Source: Candidatus Moraniibacteriota bacterium
Lineage (GTDB): Bacteria; Patescibacteriota; Minisyncoccia; Moranbacterales; DUUL01
DNA length: 64,000 nt
NCBI GenBank assembly: GCA_041596615.1
Contig: JBFHIG010000006.1
Coordinates: forward strand, 145 to 64,144
Reading direction: 5' to 3'
This document shows positions 1-9,024 of the stretch, piece after piece. The position numbers and the translations under genes are program-made. Position 1 is the stretch's first letter; every line of letters begins with the position of its first letter. The notes under the pieces are model-generated. The model searched no databases. It saw nothing but the letters and a program-made list of their open reading frames with translations, and was not told the origin of the DNA.

Positions 1-1010
1 ATTGGGTGAAAGTTCCAGTGCAACATTTTGAAATGGCACTTGATGTCGTGAGCGATTTATATTTAAATTCAAAGATTGAACAAAAGGAAATCGACAAAGA
101 AAGGGGAGTGATTTTGCAGGAAGCTTCAATGTATCACGATCTTCCAAATCGTTATGTTTGGGATGTTTTTGAGACACTTCTGTATGGTGATCAACCAGCA
201 GGGTGGGAAATCGTTGGAACAGAAAAAAATATTAAATCCTTTAATAGAGAAGTTTTTAAGGATTATATTGAAAAAATGTATCTACCAGAGTCAACTGTGA
301 TTTCAATCGCAGGAAATGTAGACGAGAAAAAAACTCTAAAGCTGATTAAAAAATATTTTAAAGTAGCAAAATCTAAAAAGATAAAACAAGAAAAGCTGAA
401 AGTTGTTGTGGCTCAAAGTGAACCCAAATTTGAATTGCACTATAAAGAAACAGAACAATCTCATTTAGTTGTCGGGGTGAGGGGTCCAGACATGTTTAGC
501 AAAAAGAGATTCGCAGCAAGTTTATTGGGAATTGTCTTGGGAGGAGGAATGAGTTCTCGAACATTTTTGAATATCAGAGAAAAACACGGGCTTACTTATT
601 ATATCTCTGCTGGGATGGGCACAAACACTGATACTGGTTGTTTATGTATTAATGCTGGTGTTGAACCTAAAAAACTGGAAAAGGCCGTGAAATTGATTTT
701 GGAGGAACTGAAGAAAATAAAAGAAGAACTAGTCCCTGAAAAAGAACTGCGAAAAGCAAAGGAGTATCTAAAAGGGAAAACTGTGATGTCCTTGGAATCA
801 ACAAACTCAGTCGCATCTTTTTTTGGAGACCAGGAGCTTTTTCGGAAAGAGCTTCATTCATCGGACTATCTGCTAGCGGAAATTGAAAAAGTTACAGCAA
901 AAGAAATTCAAGAAATCGCAGAAGAAATGATTCAGAATAAGGGACTTAATCTCGCAGTTATCGGGCCACATAAAAATAAGGAAAAAATCGCTAAAATTTT
1001 AACATTCTAA
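1..1010 (+). CDS. M16-family (pitrilysin/insulinase-like) peptidase, C-terminal part; 5' end lies outside the window
   Basis: The frame is open to the window edge. The 334-aa translation looks like the C-terminal halves of M16 peptidases (EKERGVILQE, GLTYYISAG, ..LAVIGP.. near the end). Motif recognition only. Confidence 0.65.
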   Translation, partial: WVKVPVQHFEMALDVVSDLYLNSKIEQKEIDKERGVILQEASMYHDLPNRYVWDVFETLLYGDQPAGWEIVGTEKNIKSFNREVFKDYIEKMYLPESTVISIAGNVDEKKTLKLIKKYFKVAKSKKIKQEKLKVVVAQSEPKFELHYKETEQSHLVVGVRGPDMFSKKRFAASLLGIVLGGGMSSRTFLNIREKHGLTYYISAGMGTNTDTGCLCINAGVEPKKLEKAVKLILEELKKIKEELVPEKELRKAKEYLKGKTVMSLESTNSVASFFGDQELFRKELHSSDYLLAEIEKVTAKEIQEIAEEMIQNKGLNLAVIGPHKNKEKIAKILTF

Positions 1011-1011
1011 G

Positions 1012-2043
1012 ATGATGCATAGCGCACAAAAAATTGAAATTTCACCAAGCATTGTTTGGAAAACAATTTTGATATTGCTGGCTCTTTGGTTTGTGTATTT
1101 TATTAAAGACATCCTCTTATTGCTATTTTTGTCGATTATTCTCATTAGCGCTGCTGGACCAATCATTGATAGAATGGAAGCGAAGAAGATAAATAGAATT
1201 TTGGCAGTCGTCTTGTTATATGCAGTCTTCGTGCTGTTTATTTTGTTTATTTTAAGCCTTGTGATCCCGGTTCTAAATCAAGAAATTCAGTTGATTGGAA
1301 AGGTTTTGCCGGAGTATTTTAGTAGCATTAATGTTTTTATAAAAAACATAACAGCTTTGGCGGCAACTTATAATTTTGAAGAAAATATCAATCAAATTCT
1401 TTCAAATTCCACTAACGCTCTTGGTAATTCATTTTCTAATATCTTTTCAAATACACTTGAGTTTTTTTCCAATATTTTCAAGGCTTTAGTTGTTTTTTCC
1501 CTAGCTTTCTACATGCTAATTAAGAAAGATGGTACCAGATCCTTTGTTTCTTCAATAGTGCCGAAAAAAGAACATCGGGAGAGAGTACTTTTTTTGCTTA
1601 ATAAAATTCAAAAAAAGATGGGGCACTGGCTTATTGGACAATTTTTGTTAATGCTTATCATCTTCACACTTGAATTTATTGCGCTTTCTTTCTTGAGAGT
1701 CCCGTTTGCTTTAGTTTTGGCGCTTTTGGGTGGATTACTTGAGATCGTTCCATATATTGGTCCGCTAATAGCATTTGTTCCAGCAGTATTGATTGGTGCT
1801 ACAGTTTCTCCTTGGACAGGGCTATTTGTGGCAATTGTATATATTGCAATACAACAAATGGAGAATCATTTAATAGTTCCGCTTCTAATGAAAAAGGTTG
1901 TTGGGTTAAATCCTGTGGTTATAATCCTTTCCTTGCTGGTGGGTGCTAAATTGGCAGGAGTGCTGGGAATTGTGCTTGCTGTTCCTTTTGTTACGGCAGC
2001 GAAGATTGTGCTTGAAGATTTTTTAAATAAAAAAGAAGTATAG
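1012..2043 (+). CDS. AI-2E family transporter (PerM/UPF0118-like permease)
   Basis: Polytopic membrane protein with EIVPYIGPLIAFVPAVLIG and ENHLIVPLLM segments typical of the AI-2E family. Starts 1 nt after the upstream stop. Confidence 0.8.
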   Translation: MMHSAQKIEISPSIVWKTILILLALWFVYFIKDILLLLFLSIILISAAGPIIDRMEAKKINRILAVVLLYAVFVLFILFILSLVIPVLNQEIQLIGKVLPEYFSSINVFIKNITALAATYNFEENINQILSNSTNALGNSFSNIFSNTLEFFSNIFKALVVFSLAFYMLIKKDGTRSFVSSIVPKKEHRERVLFLLNKIQKKMGHWLIGQFLLMLIIFTLEFIALSFLRVPFALVLALLGGLLEIVPYIGPLIAFVPAVLIGATVSPWTGLFVAIVYIAIQQMENHLIVPLLMKKVVGLNPVVIILSLLVGAKLAGVLGIVLAVPFVTAAKIVLEDFLNKKEV

Positions 2044-2048
2044 AAATT

Positions 2049-2591
2049 ATGCAAAAGAAAGTTCAGGTTGTTGTATCCTTAGACAAGTCAACTCAGAGTC
2101 ATATAGCAGCAAAAATCAGAAACTTAACAGAAAACATTGATGCAATGTGGGTCGCTCCAGAAAATTTTTCTTTGCAATTGGCAACAATCGGCGTTATTGG
2201 TGACGAAAATTTGCTCGAAATCTGCGAAGCTTTAAAAGAAATTCTTGGGGAGACGGAAGTTTTCGATTTGAAATTTGATGAAATTGTATGGGGCCCAAGC
2301 GATGAAAATCCCAAGATGTTTTGGTTAAAAGGTCCGCAAAATGAAGAATTGATTAGGTTGCGAAACTTAATTGAAGAAGCTATAAGTGAAAGCGCCAAGG
2401 AAGTCAAAAAATTTTCACCACATATAACTTTAGCAAAAGTCCCTAGGAAAAGTTTTTCAAAAGAAATCAATCTAGGAAAAATACAGATGAATGTTGTTAT
2501 TTCAGTTGATAGCATCGACATAGTCGAAGGGATTCAAGAAAAAAAGAATTATTCTACCAGAGTTTTACAGAACATACCTCTTTGTTTATAA
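2049..2591 (+). CDS. 2H phosphoesterase superfamily protein (LigT/ThpR-like 2'-5' RNA ligase fold)
   Basis: The C-terminal H-x-T-x motif is present (SPHITLAKV). The N-terminal motif position reads LQLATIG instead of HxTL, so one half-site looks degenerate. Confidence 0.5.
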   Translation: MQKKVQVVVSLDKSTQSHIAAKIRNLTENIDAMWVAPENFSLQLATIGVIGDENLLEICEALKEILGETEVFDLKFDEIVWGPSDENPKMFWLKGPQNEELIRLRNLIEEAISESAKEVKKFSPHITLAKVPRKSFSKEINLGKIQMNVVISVDSIDIVEGIQEKKNYSTRVLQNIPLCL

Positions 2592-2594
2592 TCA

Positions 2595-3359
2595 ATGTCC
2601 ATGAAAGACCTTATTTTTAAAGTTAAAATAGATAACCACAAGCGACAAAGATTGGAAAAAATAATCAAAGGAACGCTTAAAAAAGGGAGAAATTTTTCAA
2701 AGTTGCCAATTTGTTTCGCAACAATAAACCCAGAGATTCTACTGAAAGCTAGGGATAATTCTGAATATAGAAAGATTCTAAATGAGTTTGATTTGCGAAT
2801 TGTTGATGGGTTTGGTATAACACTCTATTCTTTTCTTTTCGGAAGAGGAATTAAGCATAGAACCCCTGGAGCGGATTTGGCTAGAATCATCCTAGAAGAA
2901 GGAATGCAAAACAAACTAAGAATTTCCTTTATAATAAATAAAGAGGGACTTAGTTCCAAAAAAGAATTAATTTTATTTTTAGAGAAAGAATTTGGCAAGA
3001 AAAGGTTGTGCAATTGTGAAATATATGCAACTAATAAAGATGTGCAAGGCAGATTGAAAATAAGGAAAGATACCCAGGTTCTTTTTGTTGGTCTTGGAGC
3101 GCCAAAACAAGAAATGTTAATTCAGGGCATTAAAGATAAATTGCCAGAATTAAGAATGGCGATTGGTGTGGGAGGGACTTTTGATTATTGGACAAACAAA
3201 AGGAAAAGAGCGCCGAAGATAATGAGGAAGCTGGGATTTGAATGGCTGTGGAGATTATTAATTTTGCGCGGTTATACAATGAAAAAAGCTAGAATAAAGA
3301 GAGTCCTAGAGGCAACTTTTAGGTTTCCTTTAAAATATATTCTTGACAAATCAGAATAA
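2595..3359 (+). CDS. WecB/TagA/CpsF family glycosyltransferase
   Basis: Segments TINPEILL, RIVDGFGI, FVGLGAPKQEMLI, GVGGTFDYW and GFEWLWRL match the TagA/WecG family pattern. Confidence 0.8.
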   Translation: MSMKDLIFKVKIDNHKRQRLEKIIKGTLKKGRNFSKLPICFATINPEILLKARDNSEYRKILNEFDLRIVDGFGITLYSFLFGRGIKHRTPGADLARIILEEGMQNKLRISFIINKEGLSSKKELILFLEKEFGKKRLCNCEIYATNKDVQGRLKIRKDTQVLFVGLGAPKQEMLIQGIKDKLPELRMAIGVGGTFDYWTNKRKRAPKIMRKLGFEWLWRLLILRGYTMKKARIKRVLEATFRFPLKYILDKSE

Positions 3360-3897
3360 TAAAATAAGAAAGAAAATGGATATTTCACAAGAAGAAATTA
3401 ACAACATTAGAAAAAGTAGCTTTAGGCCACAAATAGCAGTTTGCCTGATATATCAAAAAAAGGTTTTCATGTTTTTTGATGATAAATATAAACTTTGGCA
3501 ATTTCCTCAAGGAGGAATCGATAACGGTGACACCATAATCTCAGCAGCAAAACGTGAGCTCGAAGAAGAACTTGGAAATGATATTTCAAATCATATTATT
3601 GGTGAGCCAGAGCTTTTGTTTGAGGACAAGATTTCTTTTCCTGAGAAGCTATGGGGGTCAAGAGAGTTGAAATTGGATGATGGAATGAAGATGTTTATGA
3701 AAGGAAAGCATTTCTTTTATGTAGCCCTGGAAACTGATTTGCCAAAACTTGAGATGAAAAAGGCTGAATTTAGTGAATATCTATTGATGAACGCCAAGGA
3801 GGCCGATAAATTAATAGACCAAATTTATCAATTCAACAAACAACGAATTTCAAGAAAGGCGATTGAATTTTTAAAAGAGAAAGACCTAATTTCATAG
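3343..3897 (+). CDS. NUDIX hydrolase
   Basis: Nudix box GGIDNGDTIISAAKRELEEELG. The start may instead be the ATG at 3376. Confidence 0.8.
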   Translation: MTNQNNKIRKKMDISQEEINNIRKSSFRPQIAVCLIYQKKVFMFFDDKYKLWQFPQGGIDNGDTIISAAKRELEEELGNDISNHIIGEPELLFEDKISFPEKLWGSRELKLDDGMKMFMKGKHFFYVALETDLPKLEMKKAEFSEYLLMNAKEADKLIDQIYQFNKQRISRKAIEFLKEKDLIS

Positions 3898-3956
3898 TTA
3901 GCACAAAAGAAGTTCCGATTCAGATTGAAGTATTTTAAACAGTATTAAAAAAGACA

Positions 3957-5429
3957 ATGGAAGTTAGAACAAGATTCGCGCCATCACCAACAGGTTCTGT
4001 GCACGTAGGAAATTTAAGAACTGCTCTGTACGCATATCTTCTCGCAAAAAAAGAAGGTGGAAAGTTTTTGCTTAGAGTAGAAGACACTGACCAGAAAAGA
4101 TTTATCGAGGGATCTTTAGAGAAAATTCTTGATGCTTTGGCCTGGGGAGGAATCAAAATCGATGAAGGTGTGAAATATGATAAGAACAAAAAGATTATTG
4201 AAGAAGGGGAGTGTGGACCATATTTTCAATCAAAGCGTTTGGAGGTTTATCAAAAATACATCAAGCAACTTTTGGATTCCGGACATGCATATCATTGTTT
4301 TTGTACAACAGAAAGGCTTGAGAAAATACGAAAAATTCAACAAGAGACTAAACAGGCGCCAAAATATGATAAACATTGTGCAATTCTGCCAAAAGAGGAG
4401 GTTGAGAAAAAAATTGCAGCTGGTGAAAAATATGTAATCAGAATGAATGTACCTCGAGGAGAATGCGTTTTCTTTCATGATGAAGTCTATGGGAAAATAG
4501 TTTTCAAAAGCGAGGATATTGACGACCAAGTTTTGATTAAATCAGATGGCTTTCCAACATATCATTTTGCTGTTGTTGTCGATGATCACTTAATGAACAT
4601 CTCACATATTGTTCGGGGGGAGGATTGGCTTCCAAGCGCTCCGAAACACGCTCTTTTGTATCAATTTTTTGGATGGGAAATGCCAGTGTTGGTACATGTT
4701 CCAAATGTTCTTAATGAAAACAGAAAAAAACTTTCTAAAAGACAAGGAGACGTCACTGTGGAGGATTTTCAAAACAAAGGTTATTTACCAGAAACGCTAG
4801 TAAATTTTCTTGCACTGTTGGGATGGAATCCCAAAACAGAGCAAGAGCACTTTTTACTAGAAGACCTTATCAAAATTTTTGATATTGCCGGATTGCACAA
4901 GGCCGGAGCAGTTTTCGACTATAAAAAACTGGATTGGATGAATTCATATTATATCAAAAAAAGAAGCATAGATGAACTAAAAGTACTTACTGAGAAATAT
5001 TTCAAAGAATATTTCCAAGAAAAAGGGCTAAAAGAAAACGATACTCTTATTAAAAAAATTGTTCAAATAGAACAAGAGCGCATGAAGAGACTTTCAGATA
5101 TAACTGAGAACATTGGTTTTTATTTTGAAATTGGAAATTATGAAAAAGAGCTTTTAGTTTGGAAGAAGAATACTATTGAGCAAACAATTGAAGCTCTTGA
5201 AAAGTCAAAAAAAGTACTGGGGAGTTTATCTGAAGAATTTAAGTTGCAAGAAATCACAGATTCCCTCTTAGAAGCAGCGGGTGATAACAGGGGTGATTTA
5301 CTTTGGCCACTTCGTGTTGCACTTAGTGGAGAAAAATTCAGCCCAAGCCCTTTCGAGCTTTCTTGGGCGCTTGGCAAGAAAGAGACTTTGGCAAGAATTG
5401 ATAAATCGCTGGAACTACTTAAAAATTAG
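3957..5429 (+). CDS. gltX: glutamyl-tRNA synthetase
   Basis: RFAPSPTGSVHVGNLRTALY (HIGH-type region) and KLSKRQG (KMSKS-type), with a length and C-terminal anticodon-binding region typical of GltX. Confidence 0.93.
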   Translation: MEVRTRFAPSPTGSVHVGNLRTALYAYLLAKKEGGKFLLRVEDTDQKRFIEGSLEKILDALAWGGIKIDEGVKYDKNKKIIEEGECGPYFQSKRLEVYQKYIKQLLDSGHAYHCFCTTERLEKIRKIQQETKQAPKYDKHCAILPKEEVEKKIAAGEKYVIRMNVPRGECVFFHDEVYGKIVFKSEDIDDQVLIKSDGFPTYHFAVVVDDHLMNISHIVRGEDWLPSAPKHALLYQFFGWEMPVLVHVPNVLNENRKKLSKRQGDVTVEDFQNKGYLPETLVNFLALLGWNPKTEQEHFLLEDLIKIFDIAGLHKAGAVFDYKKLDWMNSYYIKKRSIDELKVLTEKYFKEYFQEKGLKENDTLIKKIVQIEQERMKRLSDITENIGFYFEIGNYEKELLVWKKNTIEQTIEALEKSKKVLGSLSEEFKLQEITDSLLEAAGDNRGDLLWPLRVALSGEKFSPSPFELSWALGKKETLARIDKSLELLKN

Positions 5430-5506
5430 AATTGTGGTATAATTTATACTGAAAAATAGGAAATGTGTGCAATCTCAAATTTAACGTTTGAGTTCAAATA
5501 AAATAA

Positions 5507-6784
5507 ATGAAAAAAACAAAAAATAACAACAATCTACGGATAAATAAAAAAATAGCGTTTGTTTGTTTTTTGTTTTTATTCTTGCTTGTAAATAGAGTTT
5601 ATGCAGAATCAACTGAAAAAAAAATAGAAACTTTAGAAGAAAAAAAACAAAGGCTACAAGTCATGATTGATATGGCAAAAAATAGACAAGGTACATTAAA
5701 CAATCAGCTTAAATTGATGAATTTGCAAATTGATAGTTTTGGGAATGATTTGCAAATAACAAAAGAAAAGATTGAAGAAAACGAAATTGCGCTTGAAGTT
5801 CTTGATAAAGAAGTGGATATTTATAGAGAGGAAGTGACTCAAAAGAAGAAAGAGCTTGCTGCAATGCTTAGATTGTTCTATCAAACCGAAAAGAATATTT
5901 CTCTTTCTTTTATGGCTCAAAACTCAGATGTTTCATCAATCCTAAATCAATCACAATACATTGATCAAGCTTCTGCAAAAATTAACAAGGTCATTCAACT
6001 GACCAAAAAAGAAAGTGAGGAACTTGAAGTGAGGCAAAAAGAAATTGAAGAAAAGAACATCGAACTGAAAGAATACAAAGAAACATTTGAGGAAAAAATG
6101 GAATACTTGGAGGGCGAAGAAAAAAACAAAACTCTTTTATTGAAAGAGACAATGGGGCAAGAGTTGGAATATAAAAAACTATTATCCAGAGTTGAGGAGC
6201 AAATGAAAGAACTAATCGGGGACCTAGATGCTCTTTCCAGTGACACTAGAGATGATTTGGACAAAATTAAAAATTCTGCTTCGAAACCAACATCTGGGCT
6301 AGCTTCAACAAAATGGTATTATGCTCAAGATGATAAAAACTGGGGTTATAAAAGAATTGGGCTTTCAAGCACGCTCATGAAGGATTATGGATGTGCTGTT
6401 ACTGCTATCGCAATGGTTTTCACTCAGCATGGGGAAAAAATTACACCAGGAAGTCTTTCTGGTAAGCCAATTTTTGCAAGAGATCTTATCGTTTGGCCAG
6501 ATTCATGGGGAGATATTGATCTTGATTCAACAACTTGGCACGGAAATATTGACTGGAAAGAAGTTGATAAATCAATCGAAAAAGGAAACCCCGTAGTTGT
6601 TTTTATTCGTTCAGGCTCTGGTGCCGGACATTATGTAGTTGTCCATGGGAAGGATAAAAAAGATAAATATGTTGTACATGACCCGCTTTTTGGCAGCAAT
6701 ATTTATCTAGACACTTCCAGAAAATTGGTAGGAAGAATTTACAATAGCTCAACAACGGTTGACCAAATGATTATTTATAAGTAA
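5507..6784 (+). CDS. secreted coiled-coil protein with C-terminal papain-like (C39-like) cysteine peptidase domain; probable cell-wall hydrolase
   Basis: N-terminal signal/anchor, a ~230-aa heptad-rich region (EnvC-like), then DYGCAVTAIAMVF ... GAGHYVVVHG ... VVHDP, a plausible Cys-His-Asp arrangement. Confidence 0.6.
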   Translation: MKKTKNNNNLRINKKIAFVCFLFLFLLVNRVYAESTEKKIETLEEKKQRLQVMIDMAKNRQGTLNNQLKLMNLQIDSFGNDLQITKEKIEENEIALEVLDKEVDIYREEVTQKKKELAAMLRLFYQTEKNISLSFMAQNSDVSSILNQSQYIDQASAKINKVIQLTKKESEELEVRQKEIEEKNIELKEYKETFEEKMEYLEGEEKNKTLLLKETMGQELEYKKLLSRVEEQMKELIGDLDALSSDTRDDLDKIKNSASKPTSGLASTKWYYAQDDKNWGYKRIGLSSTLMKDYGCAVTAIAMVFTQHGEKITPGSLSGKPIFARDLIVWPDSWGDIDLDSTTWHGNIDWKEVDKSIEKGNPVVVFIRSGSGAGHYVVVHGKDKKDKYVVHDPLFGSNIYLDTSRKLVGRIYNSSTTVDQMIIYK

Positions 6785-6846
6785 TTTAAAAACAAAAAAC
6801 AGCCAAAATATCTAGTAAAGTGACTGTTTTCTAAAAAATTCTGAGA

Positions 6847-6872
6847 ACATCTTTTTTAAGCAATAAAGATGT
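6847..6872. terminator. hairpin between convergent genes (possible bidirectional terminator)
   Basis: ACATCTTT (6847-6854) pairs with AAAGATGT (6865-6872). T/A runs flank it. Confidence 0.4.
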
Positions 6873-6926
6873 ACTTAGAATTTCCCAGCAGACATAATAT
6901 TTTTGCCTGCCGGAGGGTTGATGATA

Positions 6927-7169
6927 TCAGGGCTTTTTTTTCACCGGCACTAGAGTTATTTTCTTAATCACCAGTGCTTGATCCTCTTCAGAAGAGACTA
7001 CGGGTTTCCCAAAGTATTTTTTGGTATTAGGGGGTGCTTTGTCTAGCATCCGTGCACCCTGGGGAGCTGCTGGCCTAGAAACTCCCGAGGTCTCTGATTC
7101 TGATGATTGTGCAGAAAAGGAGCAAAAAACCATGGAAAACACCAGAATGGACTTAGTTAGCAACTTCAT
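6927..7169 (-). CDS. small secreted protein, unknown function
   Basis: 80 aa with a signal-peptide-like N-terminus MKLLTKSILVFSMVFCSFSAQS. Confidence 0.4.
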   Translation of the reverse strand: MKLLTKSILVFSMVFCSFSAQSSESETSGVSRPAAPQGARMLDKAPPNTKKYFGKPVVSSEEDQALVIKKITLVPVKKKP

Positions 7170-7381
7170 GAAATCACCTCAATTTGCTGTTTTTATAAGA
7201 AACTACTTCTTTGGGCCATCTTATTTTTCAATTAATGGAAAACTGGAGCATGTTTGAAAAATAAGACAGACAAAGAAACTTCATTTTATTTATAACAAAT
7301 ATATAAAATTTTGTCAATAATTTATGCCCCAAAATGCCTTAGCGGAAGGGTAGTGTGAAATAAAAAAGTTATATTAAAAAA

Positions 7382-7630
7382 ATGAAAATAAAAATTGTTA
7401 ATAAAAAAAGAACGGCTATTTTGGTTGTGCTTGCTGGAATGATTCTTTTCTTTGCAGCTTTTTTATATTATCAAAATTTTCATAATTTAGAATATCGGAA
7501 GCAAAAATGCGCTGAAGAAGCTTCTTTTAAAATAAAGGAATTTTACAAAGGAACTAATTTTGATCCCGAAGAAGAAGTTTCAGAGATGTTCTATATGGAC
7601 TGTCTGAGAGATTCTGGCTGGGTTAAGTGA
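7382..7630 (+). CDS. small membrane-anchored protein, unknown function
   Basis: 82 aa with one N-terminal TM helix and two Cys in the C-terminal part. Confidence 0.4.
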   Translation: MKIKIVNKKRTAILVVLAGMILFFAAFLYYQNFHNLEYRKQKCAEEASFKIKEFYKGTNFDPEEEVSEMFYMDCLRDSGWVK

Positions 7631-7750
7631 TTTAAAAAGACCTCACAAGCCAAAATAAATGCTATTTCTAGTTACATCCAGTCGTTTAAGGCAAAATGTT
7701 CCCTTGAAACTCATTTTTGAAAGTCCCAACGCAGCGTGCTCCATTTATTG

Positions 7751-7850
7751 CTTTATTTAAGCCAATTTGAAGGCATAACCAATCAACTTCCAACTTCAAA
7801 GCGCTTAGAACTCAATTTTGAGCCTCGTTTTTTGGCTTAATTAAGGCATT
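7751..7850 (+). repeat. left copy of the prophage-bounding direct repeat (putative attL; identical core 7795-7850)
   Basis: 7751-7850 aligns with 38811-38910. The first 44 bp carry 7 mismatches and the last 56 bp are identical. Sequence diverges immediately after both copies. Confidence 0.75.
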
Positions 7851-8004
7851 TTTAAAGAGGTATGTTTTATGTTGTTTTGTAGCTCTTTAACTTTAGAATT
7901 AATAGGAATTTAAAGGAAAAGGAGGTATCTTTACTGCAAGATTACTAGAAGTGTTGTGAGAAGGAGATTGTGAATGTCTTTTGGGAATTCTTAAACAAAG
8001 CTTA

Positions 8005-8047
8005 TTAAACATGCTTAACGTCGCATAATATCTATTGTCAGCGCTAT
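8005..8047 (+). promoter_or_regulatory. two direct copies of A(A/T)CGTCGCATAA (candidate integrase arm-type sites, left arm)
   Basis: AACGTCGCATAA at 8007-8018 and ATCGTCGCATAA at 8036-8047. The same 12-mer recurs at 38512-38523, and inverted at 38530-38541, near the other prophage end. Confidence 0.4.
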
Positions 8048-8100
8048 CGTCGCATAACTAGATAAAGTCAGACCAAAAACACAATTTAAAGAAAACGTAA

Positions 8101-8127
8101 ACACGTCAGAAATGACGTGTTTTTTTG
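8101..8127 (+). terminator. intrinsic terminator
   Basis: ACACGTCA-GAAA-TGACGTGT (8-bp stem) followed by T7. Confidence 0.7.
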
Positions 8128-8186
8128 TACATCTAATTATTATTTTAAATTGATTGTTCGTGGGTGTTTCCAATCACAACAAATCG

Positions 8187-8864
8187 ATGAGAAAAATTAA
8201 AAAGTGGATTACGAAGCAAATTAAAAAAATGATGTTGAAGTTGAAAAACTGGATCATCAAAAAAATTAAAAAGGCATTTGAATCATTTAACGGATTCATT
8301 GCAAAGCAGACGTGGATTATCACATTATTCGCGTTAATCGGCGGGGGTTATGTTCTTTATTTATCAGGAAGCGTTTTTGTTCCTTATGTTGGACAGATGT
8401 TAGATGAAAAATTCACAAAAGTGATCATCATAGAAAATCCAACAATCAGAGAAGCTCATGCAGAGGAAGGGGAAACAATAGAAACAATCATTGAAGATGT
8501 GACGGAGGAAGTTATTCCAGAAACATCGTTAATCGAAGAGATTTCTAAAATCTTCCCAGAAGAGCCAGAAACGGCTATAGCAATCTTTAAAGCAGAAAGT
8601 GGTCTAAGTCTTAATGCAAAGGGTTGGAACTGTAGGTATAGCATAAATGGAACTGTGGTTAGCAAAGCCTGCAACCCAGAAGACAGACAAAATGCTTGGT
8701 CAGTTGATTGTGGAATAGCTCAAATTAATATTCCTGGAAAAGAATGTTCAAAAGAATTGCTAGGTTTAGATAAAAATCTTGAATTGGCAAGGGAAAAATA
8801 TCAACAAAGAGGATGGCACCCATGGACTGCTTATAAAAATAATTCATATAAAAAGTTTTTATAA
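8187..8864 (+). CDS. phage lytic transglycosylase / lysozyme-like (SLT domain) protein with N-terminal membrane anchor
   Basis: AIAIFKAESGLSLNA ... VDCGIAQINI resembles the SLT/goose-lysozyme-like catalytic region (Glu-Ser). The ATG at 8187 is preferred over the listed TTG at 8154. Confidence 0.65.
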   Translation: MRKIKKWITKQIKKMMLKLKNWIIKKIKKAFESFNGFIAKQTWIITLFALIGGGYVLYLSGSVFVPYVGQMLDEKFTKVIIIENPTIREAHAEEGETIETIIEDVTEEVIPETSLIEEISKIFPEEPETAIAIFKAESGLSLNAKGWNCRYSINGTVVSKACNPEDRQNAWSVDCGIAQINIPGKECSKELLGLDKNLELAREKYQQRGWHPWTAYKNNSYKKFL

Positions 8865-8868
8865 AAAA

Positions 8869-9024
8869 ATGGCAAAACATTCTTATCGAGGAAGTCGAAA
8901 CTCGAGAGCTAAAAGACAACAGAGCAAAATTTTCAAAGGGATGAAAATAGACGAAAAAGCTCAGGAAAAAGCATTTAAGCAAATAGAAAAAGAAAAACAA
9001 GATGCAGAAATACAAAAAAGGTGA
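8869..9024 (+). CDS. small basic phage protein, unknown function
   Basis: 51-aa Lys/Arg-rich ORF from the ATG at 8869, in frame with the listed ORF 8779..9024. Confidence 0.35.
   Translation: MAKHSYRGSRNSRAKRQQSKIFKGMKIDEKAQEKAFKQIEKEKQDAEIQKR

Noticed and set aside
7751-7850. The att repeat as the 3' end of a tRNA/tmRNA gene, the usual phage target
   Set aside because: The 100-bp repeat has no acceptor/T-arm structure and no CCA-proximal pattern. It contains only a short AGCC-loop-GGCT hairpin and near-palindromes (GGCTTAATTAAGGC). The target is probably intergenic or an unrecognised small feature.
7851-8004. Tiny SD-preceded ORF (MSFGNS, ATG near 7973) as a leader peptide
   Set aside because: It is only six codons long, has no obvious attenuator partner and is unconserved as far as can be judged. 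That is too speculative to report.
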